Of a DNA stretch of 64,000 bases, positions 28,678 through 37,467 are shown in pieces. The first letter of the stretch is position 1. Every line of letters begins with the position of its first letter. The notes beneath the pieces were generated by a model that did not search any database, was not told the origin of the DNA, and saw nothing but the letters and a program-made list of their open reading frames with translations. Where the stretch lies: positions 11,041 to 75,040 of the forward strand of contig CAYOUG010000002.1 of the NCBI GenBank assembly GCA_964407105.1, written 5' to 3'. The DNA is from an uncultured Candidatus Saccharibacteria bacterium (GTDB taxonomy: Bacteria > Patescibacteriota > Minisyncoccia > Phycocordibacterales > CALRHW01). The position numbers and the translations under genes are program-made.

Positions 28678-28878
28678 ATGGATCAAGATATAAAAGATAA
28701 AATTGACGCACAAGATGCGAAACTAAATTTGATTTTAAAATCAGTAGAAAAAACGCGAAAATATTTTGTATGGATTTTTTGGATAACAATTATTGCTGTG
28801 GTTTTACCAATTATCGGACTAGCTTTTGCAATTCCTTCTTTTTTAGATACTTATGTAAAAACTTTGGGTAGTTTTTAA
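28678..28878 (+). CDS. small membrane protein (66 aa, one transmembrane helix)
   Basis: MDQDIKDKIDAQDAKLNLILKSVEKTRKYFVWIFWITIIAVVLPIIGLAFAIPSF. Confidence 0.4.
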   Translation: MDQDIKDKIDAQDAKLNLILKSVEKTRKYFVWIFWITIIAVVLPIIGLAFAIPSFLDTYVKTLGSF

Positions 28879-28901
28879 AATAAATTATTATTTTGTTACA
28901 T

Positions 28902-28957
28902 AAAAAAAGAGCCGAGAGGTCGTCGTAAGACGGCCACTCGGCTCTGAGCGTTTTTTT
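28902..28957. terminator. bidirectional terminator: A-run, GAGCCGAG, 20-nt loop, CTCGGCTC, T-run
   Basis: A perfect 8-bp GC-rich stem is flanked by an A7 run upstream and a T7 run downstream, between convergent genes. Confidence 0.6.
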
Positions 28958-28968
28958 GTTGCTTCAAA

Positions 28969-29598
28969 TCAAGAGCAAATTATTTCAAACAATTCGGTGA
29001 CGTGCTTAAACGCCTCACGTATCACCGTGTCTGAAATGAAGTAACCCATCTGCATCTCTTGTGCCGTCATTCTGAAAAGATCTTCCATTGCGTCATTTGT
29101 CACACTGATTGGCGACCCATCAAGTGTGTCCAGGTGTTGACCAGCAAGCCAAAAGTTGAGTGTTTGTGCCAAAACCTCCAAAGCTGTAAGTAGCGTGATT
29201 CCAGTTAGACCACCACGTTCACGATTTTCAGCACGTAATTTGTCCACAAAAACATCAGAGAACTTCTTTAACCTTTTTTCGAACCCATCTGGTTTCGTTC
29301 CCCCACGTGTCAGTGTGGAATTTTCTATGAACGATCTAAGTGTTCTTATGTTACTTCTTTCTGTTTCAGCAAAAACCTCCACACATTCACGCGCCAAAGG
29401 ATGTCTTACCCATGATTGTGTCTGCGATATCCAATCTTTCATTTGGACTTTGTGGACAGTATTCCAACGCGCAAGAATTGTTGGTAGATCTACCCGAGAA
29501 TTCTTCAGAGTTTCTCGGGTCCGGTCCATGAACGGCATTACGTGTGCCAAGATGTTTTGTTGAAAAGGATAGGTTGGGGTTTTGGTCGATATGCTCAC
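28969..29598 (-). CDS. GC-rich hypothetical all-alpha protein
   Basis: The product is 209 aa from a GTG preceded by GGAG. The composition is helical. An R-x4-H (RWNTVH) motif is noted, but no confident family was found. Confidence 0.45.
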   Translation of the reverse strand: MSISTKTPTYPFQQNILAHVMPFMDRTRETLKNSRVDLPTILARWNTVHKVQMKDWISQTQSWVRHPLARECVEVFAETERSNIRTLRSFIENSTLTRGGTKPDGFEKRLKKFSDVFVDKLRAENRERGGLTGITLLTALEVLAQTLNFWLAGQHLDTLDGSPISVTNDAMEDLFRMTAQEMQMGYFISDTVIREAFKHVTELFEIICS

Positions 29599-29753
29599 TT
29601 TTTTCTCCAATCAAGAAAGGGGATGAAAGACAATGACACAGCAGACAGTATTCCATTTTCGATAGTATAGGAAAAAATACATTTTCACAATATCAAAGTA
29701 TCTATTGTATTTTTTCTGGAATTGTATATAATCTTTTTCATATGGTTGTACGA

Positions 29754-29957
29754 ATGCGAAGCACGCGATCTCATACGGGAAATAGACGATCTCATCACAA
29801 GCTTGCGACGAGGTCTCTTTCAAAGTGCCCACAATGCGGTGCTCCAAAAATGGGACATCGAATGTGTGCAAAATGCGGTACCTACAAAGGTAAAACTGTA
29901 ATAAACACGCTTGCAAAAGCGACAAAGAAAAGTAAGGCAAAAGAGTCAACAAAATAA
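29754..29957 (+). CDS. rpmF: 50S ribosomal protein L32
   Basis: RRSHHKLATRSLSKCPQCGAPKMGHRMCAKCGTYKGKTV matches the bL32 zinc ribbon. Confidence 0.8.
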   Translation: MRSTRSHTGNRRSHHKLATRSLSKCPQCGAPKMGHRMCAKCGTYKGKTVINTLAKATKKSKAKESTK

Positions 29958-30014
29958 ATCAGCGAATGGTTTTCCCATGTGGGTTTTTGGAACGCTCTTA
30001 CATAAAATATAATA

Positions 30015-30920
30015 ATGGCAAACAGGCATCTTAGCAGATCAATAGTCACACAATCGCTCTTTGAGTGGGATTTCAACCACAAAAGTGATTTAGAGGCTAT
30101 GGAGATTTTTAATCGAAATGCACAGGAATTCGCTCTTGGTATGGGCGATTTTTCTTTTATGGAGTCGCTTATGAAAAACGTGCTTGCGAAAAGAAAAGAT
30201 ATTGATGTGATTATTGAAAAAGCGGCGCCAGATTGGCCAATAGATAAAATTTCTATTATTGATCGAAACATTTTACGCATCGGTCTTTATGAACTTCTTT
30301 TTTCAGACAGAAAAGAGGTACCTCCAAAAGTGGCTATAAATGAGGCGATTGAACTTGCAAAAACATTTGGTGGTGATACTAGTGGTAAGTTTGTAAACGG
30401 TGTGCTCGGTGCTGTGTATAAAGAAATGGGTGAGCCGGGTAAAGAAGAAACATCAAAACGAAAACGCCATCCAGATATTCCAGATGATCAGGCGCCAATA
30501 GAAAAACTTGGCGGTGCTGTGGTGTATGCGCTTGATGGAGAAGATGTTTATTTGGCACTTGTGCACGACGTTTTTGGACACTGGACCCTTTCAAAGGGGC
30601 ATTTTGAAGAGGATGAAGAAGATGTCTCGGGTATCAAACGTGTGATAAAAGATGAGCTCGGTCTTTCTATTGAAGTAAAAGAAGAACTTGGTAACAATAG
30701 CTACATTGCATTTGATCCTGAAAAAGGAAAGATAAAAAAGATGGTGCATTACTATTTGGCAGAGTCAAAATTTAAAGATATTAAATTAAAAGAAAGTGGT
30801 GGACTAGATGATGTGCGGTGGTTTAAACTCGCCGACATACTTGACCTCAATTTTTATAATGATATTCTGCCACTTGTAACTAAGGCAATAAATATTTTAC
30901 TGAAAAAGGGAGAAAAGTAG
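30015..30920 (+). CDS. nusB: NusB antitermination factor fused to a C-terminal Nudix-fold domain
   Basis: Residues 1-140 are NusB-like (RHLSRSIVTQSLFEWDF, ...VPPKVAINEAIELAKTFGGDTSGKFVNGVLGAV). Residues about 160-300 have a Nudix-like beta-grasp and a box GHWTLSKGHFEEDEEDVSGIKRVIKDELGL, in which the consensus REx2EE is replaced by RVIKDE. Confidence 0.7.
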   Translation: MANRHLSRSIVTQSLFEWDFNHKSDLEAMEIFNRNAQEFALGMGDFSFMESLMKNVLAKRKDIDVIIEKAAPDWPIDKISIIDRNILRIGLYELLFSDRKEVPPKVAINEAIELAKTFGGDTSGKFVNGVLGAVYKEMGEPGKEETSKRKRHPDIPDDQAPIEKLGGAVVYALDGEDVYLALVHDVFGHWTLSKGHFEEDEEDVSGIKRVIKDELGLSIEVKEELGNNSYIAFDPEKGKIKKMVHYYLAESKFKDIKLKESGGLDDVRWFKLADILDLNFYNDILPLVTKAINILLKKGEK

Positions 30921-30935
30921 ACGGTGCGGAAAATA

Positions 30936-31640
30936 ATGCGAATTATGAATATAGACTTTTCAAAATTTGAAAAAAAGGCCGGAGTAATATTTAGCGACAA
31001 AAAACTTTTAAAACAAGCTTTTGTTCATCGTTCATATATTAATGAAAACAAGGATTCTGGTTTTGATCATAATGAACGTTTGGAATTTTTGGGTGATGCG
31101 GTGCTCGAACTTGTAATTACTGACTATTTGTATCAAAAATATCCAAATGAAGACGAGGGTCATATGACAAGTTTGCGCTCAGCTCTTGTAAATGCCACCA
31201 CTTGTGCACAGGTGGCGACAACACTTGATGTCAATGATTTTCTTCTTCTTTCGCGCGGTGAAACAAAAGACACCGGCCGAGCTCGACAATATATTTTAGC
31301 AAATACACTTGAGGCGGTGATCGGTGCTATTTATTTAGATCAAGGTTATGAAATAGCGAAAAAATTTATTTACGAACATATTTCTCCGCTAGTTGAAGAT
31401 ATAATTTCAAAAAAGGCATGGATTGATGCAAAAAGTCTTTTTCAAGAAAAAGCTCAGGAGGTGGAGGGGGTTACTCCATTGTATAAAACAACAAAAGAAA
31501 CTGGTCCAGACCACGATAAGCGATTTACTGTAGCTGTGCATTTAGGTAAAAAACTCATAGCTTCTGGAGAAGGTGAATCAAAACAAGATGCTGAGCAAGA
31601 AGCGGCACGCAAAGGACTTATAAAAATGGGTTGGGAATAA
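30936..31640 (+). CDS. rnc: ribonuclease III
   Basis: The signature is ERLEFLGDAVLELVITDYLY. A C-terminal dsRBD is present. Confidence 0.9.
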   Translation: MRIMNIDFSKFEKKAGVIFSDKKLLKQAFVHRSYINENKDSGFDHNERLEFLGDAVLELVITDYLYQKYPNEDEGHMTSLRSALVNATTCAQVATTLDVNDFLLLSRGETKDTGRARQYILANTLEAVIGAIYLDQGYEIAKKFIYEHISPLVEDIISKKAWIDAKSLFQEKAQEVEGVTPLYKTTKETGPDHDKRFTVAVHLGKKLIASGEGESKQDAEQEAARKGLIKMGWE

Positions 31641-31915
31641 AAAGAAAACCCCCACCACTAAAGGTATGGGGTTTATGGGCATTGTTTCTGGTTTTTGTTT
31701 TTCATGACATGTATCTGAAGAGCACCAGAAGTAGAACTGCGCCCACGAGAATGAAGATACCGATTAAGGTGATGTTTAGAGACTCTCGTTTTCGTTCATC
31801 CATTTTCACACTCCTATTCTTTTGATATGCACCCGATTCTTTAAAGAGAATATAATAAAAATCGTTAAAGTCAACTGTTTTATGAGTCTAAAATTAATGA
31901 TATTCTGTACTGTAT

Positions 31916-34171
31916 ATGTATCTCAAAAGCCTTGAACTCAATGGATTTAAGTCTTTTGCCAAAAAAAGCACACTCGATTTTAAATCACCAATTTCTTCAA
32001 TTGTTGGGCCAAACGGATCTGGCAAATCAAACATTGCTGAAGCTTTTCGTTTTGTGTTGGGTGAACAATCAATAAAATCTTTGCGTGGAAAAAGAGGAGA
32101 AGACTTGATTTTCAATGGTAGCAGTGAAGTGCCGCGTTCAAATCGTGCCTCAGTAAAAGTTGTTTTTGATAACCATAATCGTTTTTTAAATATAGATTTT
32201 GATGAAGTTACTTTAGAGCGTGTTGTGCATCGCGACTCGGTGAATGAATATTTTATCAATGGTAGTGTGGTGCGTCTGAAAGATATTATCGAGCTTCTTG
32301 CTCAAGCACACATAGGTTCTTCTGGACACCACATTATTTCTCAGGGTGAGGCAGATAAAATTTTGAATGCGAATATGCGTGAACGCAGAGCAATGATTGA
32401 AGATGCGCTTGGACTTAAAATTTATCAATATAAAAGGCAGGAGAGCGAAAGAAAACTCGAAAAAACACAAGAAAATATTGTATCTGTAGAATCGCTTAGA
32501 AAAGAGGTGGCGCCACATTTGCGATTTTTGAAAAAACAGGTAGAAAAAGTTGAAAAAACATTTCAAATGAAAGAAGAGCTCCGTGCACTTTATATGGAGT
32601 ATCTAAAACGTGAAGATGAATATTTAAAAAAAGAAAAAACATCACTTGATTTAGAAAAAAATCCGTTAGACCAAGAACTTAAAAAACTTGAAGAAGAACT
32701 TTTACAAGCAAAAAAAATTCTAGAACAATCTACTGAAAAAGATAAAAAAAGTGCAGAATTAATTTCTCTGGAAGAACAAATTCGTTCTGTGCGCGTACAT
32801 AAAGATGAATTTGTACACAACCTTGGAAAAATTGAGGGAGAGATTTCTTCGGAGGAACGTATTATTAAAAAACAGCACGAAATCGAGCGTTCTGAAGATG
32901 GGAAAATGGTAAGTTTCAAGGATATCGCTCGTGTGGCAGATGAAGTAAAAAAAGAGATTAAAATAGTTGATGGTTTAAATAGTCTTGAAGAAGTTAAAAA
33001 ACTTCTTCGGGTGGTTGCGGATATGATTATTGGTTTTGTGGCGTCACATCGCACGGCTGGCAACGATTCACTTTCAAAAGAATCAGAAGTGCTTGTGGTT
33101 TCTTTAAATGCCGAGAAAAAAGATATTGAAAATAAAATTCAAGAATTAAAACAGAAAGAAGATGAGTTACAACTAAAATACAACGAGCTAAAAAACGTTA
33201 TCGAACGAGAAAAAGATACAAACAGGCAAGCAGAACGAGATATGTTTTCTGTTATGACGCGTCAGCAAGAGGTGTTTTCAAAACTAGCTACCATTCGTGC
33301 TTCACAAGAAAAAATTCGAATCGAAGAAGAGGATTTTAAACGTGAACTCAATGAAGCTGGGGTGCTTATTGGTCGTGCGGTTTTAGATTTTGTTAACTAT
33401 ATAGTTTCTTCAGATGGTGACCAATCTCGTGGTGCTCAAGAAGAACGTCGACGCGCTATTGAGAAAATTAAAATTAGGATTGAAGATGCTGGTGGTAGTT
33501 CTGGTGAAGATATTTTGAAAGAATATAAAGAGGTCAGCGAGCGTGACACATTTTTGGAGCGTGAGTTGGAAGATTTACATAAATCAGCAGAATCTCTCAA
33601 GAAACTTATTGAGGAATTGGATGAAAAACTCACAACAGAATTTAAAAATGGTGTAGAAAAAATCAATACACAATTTGAACATTTTTTTGCCCTAATGTTT
33701 GGTGGTGGACAAGCGTCTCTTAAAATAGTAAAAGAAAAAAAGAAAAAACGTCTTGATACAGATTTGGGCGTGCTTGATATAGAAAATGTGGAAGAGATTT
33801 TTGAGGAAGAAGGGGAAGAAGGTTTGGATATTGAAGTAAATTTACCAAGAAAAAAAATAAAAGGTCTTGTGATGCTTTCTGGCGGCGAGCGAGCTCTCAC
33901 TTCTATTGCGCTTCTTTTCGCAGTATCTCAAGTAAACCCCCCACCATTTATTATTCTTGATGAAACTGACGCGGCGCTTGACGAAGCAAATTCAAAAAAA
34001 TACGGAGATATGATAGAAAGTCTTTCAAAATATTCTCAACTTATTTTGATTACTCACAATCGCGAAACAATGTCTCGTGCGGGAATTTTATACGGCGTGA
34101 CCATGGGTTCTGGTGGAGTTTCAAAACTTCTTTCTATTGAATTTGAAGAGGCGGTGGTGGTGGCGAAGTAA
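31916..34171 (+). CDS. smc: SMC-family ATPase (short chromosome-partition Smc-like protein with no obvious hinge)
   Basis: The Walker A is GPNGSGKSN, the central coiled coil is long, and the signature LSGGERALTSIALLFA and D-loop FIILDETDAALD follow. It is 751 aa. Confidence 0.65.
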   Translation: MYLKSLELNGFKSFAKKSTLDFKSPISSIVGPNGSGKSNIAEAFRFVLGEQSIKSLRGKRGEDLIFNGSSEVPRSNRASVKVVFDNHNRFLNIDFDEVTLERVVHRDSVNEYFINGSVVRLKDIIELLAQAHIGSSGHHIISQGEADKILNANMRERRAMIEDALGLKIYQYKRQESERKLEKTQENIVSVESLRKEVAPHLRFLKKQVEKVEKTFQMKEELRALYMEYLKREDEYLKKEKTSLDLEKNPLDQELKKLEEELLQAKKILEQSTEKDKKSAELISLEEQIRSVRVHKDEFVHNLGKIEGEISSEERIIKKQHEIERSEDGKMVSFKDIARVADEVKKEIKIVDGLNSLEEVKKLLRVVADMIIGFVASHRTAGNDSLSKESEVLVVSLNAEKKDIENKIQELKQKEDELQLKYNELKNVIEREKDTNRQAERDMFSVMTRQQEVFSKLATIRASQEKIRIEEEDFKRELNEAGVLIGRAVLDFVNYIVSSDGDQSRGAQEERRRAIEKIKIRIEDAGGSSGEDILKEYKEVSERDTFLERELEDLHKSAESLKKLIEELDEKLTTEFKNGVEKINTQFEHFFALMFGGGQASLKIVKEKKKKRLDTDLGVLDIENVEEIFEEEGEEGLDIEVNLPRKKIKGLVMLSGGERALTSIALLFAVSQVNPPPFIILDETDAALDEANSKKYGDMIESLSKYSQLILITHNRETMSRAGILYGVTMGSGGVSKLLSIEFEEAVVVAK

Positions 34172-34200
34172 AAACTTTTAGAAAAGTCTAAAAACAAAAT

Positions 34201-34292
34201 AAAAAAGCTTTTGAAAAGCATCGCGCAGGCCGACGGGCCGAGCGTAGCAAAAAGCCAGCAGGCTTTTATGCGTGGTTTTCAAAAGCTTTTTT
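34201..34292 (-). repeat. copy 2 (reverse orientation) of the conserved 58-nt core (34218-34275), flanked by a perfect 17-bp AT-rich inverted repeat
   Basis: The arms are AAAAAAGCTTTTGAAAA and TTTTCAAAAGCTTTTTT. The core on the minus strand is CCACGCATAAAAGCCTGCTGGCTTTTTGCTACGCTCGGCCCGTCGGCCTGCGCGATGC. Confidence 0.9.
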
Positions 34293-34317
34293 ATTTTGTT
34301 TTTTTACTTTCCTTTCT

Positions 34318-36294
34318 TTAACCCACCAACACATAATCTAGCGTTTTCCTATCCAAATCAGCGCCAGTAATTTTAAATTTTATTTTATCTCCAAGAGAAT
34401 ATTTTTTTCCAGTTTTACTACCCACAAGAGCATAATTTTTTTGATCGAGCTGATAAAAATCATCTTTCATATCGCGAATTTTTATCATGCCTTCACTTTT
34501 GGATTCAGCTTCTTCTACGTAAACACCCCACTCTGTAACGCCTGAAATGGTTCCATCAAACACACCGTCCATACGTTTACTCATATATTCTACCTGCTTA
34601 TATTTCACTGATGCGCGTTCTGCTTCTGCTGCCGCTATTTCTTTATCGGTAGTGTCAGATGCAATGCGTTCATATTTCGCAAATTCACCCTCTGATACTT
34701 TTCCACCTGTGAGATGACGCTGAAGTAATCGATGCACGATAAGATCAGCATATCGTCTGATTGGCGATGTAAAATGTGTATAAAATTCAAACCCAAGTCC
34801 GAAGTGACCAATGTTTTTTGTTGAATAAACCGCTTTTGCCATCGAACGTACGGTGGCTGTTTTTATCAAAAATTCAGCAGGGGAGCCGGTGATAGTTTTA
34901 AGCATCGCGGCGATATCTTTTGATGTAGTACTACCATTTGTAGAACGAAGTTCATAACCAAGGGCTTTTAAAAACATGGCGAGATCAGCAATTTTTTCTT
35001 GATTTGGCACATCATGAATACGATAAATAAATGACTGAGGTATTTTACTTTTTCCATGTGCTTTGAAAATAAATTCTGCTACTTCGCGATTTGCGAGAAG
35101 CATAAATTCTTCCACGAGCTTGTGAGTATCCATGCGCTCTTTGCGATACACTTTTATAGGTACACCGTTTTCATCAAGCTGAAATTTCACTTCTTCTGTT
35201 TCAAAATCTATTGCACCGTTTTCATAACGATATTTTTGAAATATTTTTGCAATTTTGTTTAGCGTATCGAGTTCTTCAAAATATTCTCCGCCATCAAGGT
35301 CTTTTGCGGCGTTTAGAGAGCCAGCAGTGAGCACCGCTTGAGCATTTTCGTAGGTAAAACGTTTGTTTGAATTGATCATCGTTTTTCCAAACCAACGATC
35401 TTTTACTTTTCCTTTTTCACTCATTACAAATACAGCAGAAAATGCAAATTTATCTTCGCGAGGATTGAGACTGCACATATCATTTGAAAGAACCTCTGGA
35501 AGCATTGGAATGGTGCGATCTACTAGATATACAGAAAAGCCACGTTTTCTAGCTTCGCGATCGAGCACTGAACCTTCGGTTACAAAGTGAGACACGTCGG
35601 CAATATGCACACCAATCTCGTAATCTCCATCAGGAAGTTTTTTAAATGAAATTGCATCATCAAAATCTTTTGCATCAACTGGGTCGATGGTGAAGGTGAG
35701 AGTGTCACGAAAATCTTTTCGCTTCGCCACCTCTTCATCAAAATGTTTATGTGCTTCGCTTGCTACGCGCTCTGCTTCGGCGTCCACCTCAACAGGAAAA
35801 CGAGTATCAAAACCTTTTTCAAGGACAATAGATTCCATTTCGACATTGTGCACACCCTTTTTTCCGATAACACGAAGTAATTCGCCTTGAGGGTTGCTAT
35901 CCATACCTGTCCACTCTGTAATGTGAACAAAAATTTTGTCACCTTCTTTAGCTTCACCCACCTTTTCTGTTGGTAAAAAAATATCCCGATACATTTTTTT
36001 GTTATCAGGAACAACAAAAAAACCTTTTTCAGCTTTTTCTAAAACACCAACAAATTCCATTTTTGCGCGCTTTACGATTTTTACCACCTCTCCTTGTTGG
36101 CGTACGTTTTTTACAGCAGGAAGAAGTTTTACTTCTACTTCGTCGCCATCAAGCGCCGTCTTTAAAAGCTGCCATTGAATTTCAATATCTTCACCTTCAG
36201 GATCATTTGGATTTTCTACATATCCCACAGCTTTTCCGGTGAGGGTAATATGGCCGATAATTTTCTTTTCGGCGTCGGTGTGTTTTTTAGTCAT
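34318..36294 (-). CDS. rnr: ribonuclease R (RNB-family 3'-5' exoribonuclease with C-terminal S1)
   Basis: Cold-shock-like and RNB domains are present, and the C-terminal S1 is GMIKIRDMKDDFYQLD. The likely start is MTKKHTDAEKK at 36294; the track ORF is extended upstream. Confidence 0.88.
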   Translation of the reverse strand: MTKKHTDAEKKIIGHITLTGKAVGYVENPNDPEGEDIEIQWQLLKTALDGDEVEVKLLPAVKNVRQQGEVVKIVKRAKMEFVGVLEKAEKGFFVVPDNKKMYRDIFLPTEKVGEAKEGDKIFVHITEWTGMDSNPQGELLRVIGKKGVHNVEMESIVLEKGFDTRFPVEVDAEAERVASEAHKHFDEEVAKRKDFRDTLTFTIDPVDAKDFDDAISFKKLPDGDYEIGVHIADVSHFVTEGSVLDREARKRGFSVYLVDRTIPMLPEVLSNDMCSLNPREDKFAFSAVFVMSEKGKVKDRWFGKTMINSNKRFTYENAQAVLTAGSLNAAKDLDGGEYFEELDTLNKIAKIFQKYRYENGAIDFETEEVKFQLDENGVPIKVYRKERMDTHKLVEEFMLLANREVAEFIFKAHGKSKIPQSFIYRIHDVPNQEKIADLAMFLKALGYELRSTNGSTTSKDIAAMLKTITGSPAEFLIKTATVRSMAKAVYSTKNIGHFGLGFEFYTHFTSPIRRYADLIVHRLLQRHLTGGKVSEGEFAKYERIASDTTDKEIAAAEAERASVKYKQVEYMSKRMDGVFDGTISGVTEWGVYVEEAESKSEGMIKIRDMKDDFYQLDQKNYALVGSKTGKKYSLGDKIKFKITGADLDRKTLDYVLVG

Positions 36295-36394
36295 TTGCCT
36301 AGAACTATAGCAGATTGCGTCTTTATGTAGAAGAGTATTTGTGGGGTTTTTCCATGCATTGACCATTTTATTCAATTCTGTTAAGATAATCGCC

Positions 36395-36796
36395 ATGTTA
36401 AAAATTCGATTACAACGAGTAGGACGCAAGCACGAACCCACATTTCGTCTTGTTCTTACCGACTCAAAAAACAGTCCAAAAAGTGGACGAACACTTGAAA
36501 CTCTTGGTGCATATGATTCTCGTCGAGGAGACAAAGCAGAATTTAAAAATGATCGAATAAAATATTGGATAACTCAGGGAGCACAACTTTCTGGAACGAT
36601 TCACAATCTTCTTGTTGATCGAAAGGTGATTGAGGGAAAGAAAGTAAACGTACTTCCAAAAAAGAAACCTATTGTAAAAGAGGGTACTGAAGCTCCAGTA
36701 GCATCGGCTCAGACAGAAACACCAGCTCAGGTGACGGAAACGGCACCAGTTGAAACTTCAGCTCCAGAAGTTGTTGCAGAAACTCCTGCGGCTTAA
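36395..36796 (+). CDS. rpsP: 30S ribosomal protein S16 with Ala/Pro/Thr/Glu-rich C-terminal extension
   Basis: MLKIRLQRVGRKHEPTFRLVLTDSKNSPKSGRTLETLGAYD is canonical bS16. Confidence 0.9.
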   Translation: MLKIRLQRVGRKHEPTFRLVLTDSKNSPKSGRTLETLGAYDSRRGDKAEFKNDRIKYWITQGAQLSGTIHNLLVDRKVIEGKKVNVLPKKKPIVKEGTEAPVASAQTETPAQVTETAPVETSAPEVVAETPAA

Positions 36797-36800
36797 AAAT

Positions 36801-36894
36801 AAAAGTGTTTTTCAAAAACCACGCATAAATCCCTGCTGGTATTTTGCTACGCTCGGCCCGTCGGCCTGCGCGATGCTTTTTGAAAAACACTTTT
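36801..36894 (+). repeat. copy 3 of the conserved 58-nt core (36819-36876), flanked by a perfect 18-bp AT-rich inverted repeat
   Basis: The arms are AAAAGTGTTTTTCAAAAA and TTTTTGAAAAACACTTTT. The core is CCACGCATAAATCCCTGCTGGTATTTTGCTACGCTCGGCCCGTCGGCCTGCGCGATGC. It begins 5 nt after the rpsP stop codon. Confidence 0.9.
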
Positions 36895-37074
36895 ATTTTT
36901 TCACCGATCACAGTGCGTGGTTTTTGAAAGACACTTTTATTTTTTTGTCTCTCTGTGGTGTGGGTAACTTCGTTGACCACGATTTCTTGTGTTGTAAAAT
37001 TAAGTGAGCAGTAAAAAGTTTTCATACTGCACGGAAGTTATACCTTTATTATTTATAGAAAGTAGTACATTTAT

Positions 37075-37386
37075 ATGGAACAAGACGCACAGTTTTTGGA
37101 GTATGTGGTAAAAGCTTTGGTAGATAATCCAAACGACGTAAAGATCAAGCGAACGGTAGATGAAATGGGTGTGCTTATGAATCTTGATGTGAACCCCGCA
37201 GATATGGGAAAGATTATTGGCCGAGAAGGAAATACTGCAAAGGCGATTCGAACATTGCTCCGAGTGGTAGGAATGAAAAATAATGCTCGTGTAAATTTAA
37301 AAATTAACGAACCTGAAGGCGGTATGCGAAGTGAATCAAAAGTAACGAAAACGGTAGACGAGGCGATGGAGGATTTGAAAATATAA
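37075..37386 (+). CDS. KH-domain RNA-binding protein (YlqC/UPF0109 family)
   Basis: The GxxG loop is KIIGREGNTAKAIRTLL. The gene holds the conserved position after rpsP. Confidence 0.75.
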   Translation: MEQDAQFLEYVVKALVDNPNDVKIKRTVDEMGVLMNLDVNPADMGKIIGREGNTAKAIRTLLRVVGMKNNARVNLKINEPEGGMRSESKVTKTVDEAMEDLKI

Positions 37387-37403
37387 TATCTAAATTTAGA
37401 AAG

Positions 37404-37448
37404 AAAAAACAACACGTGGTCCGCTTGGACTGCGTGTTGTTTGGTTTT
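37404..37448. terminator. bidirectional AT-rich hairpin terminator
   Basis: AAAAAACAACACG, 16-nt loop, CGTGTTGTTTGGTTTT, between convergent genes. Confidence 0.55.
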
Positions 37449-37467
37449 ACGAGAGGACTTCTTTTCT

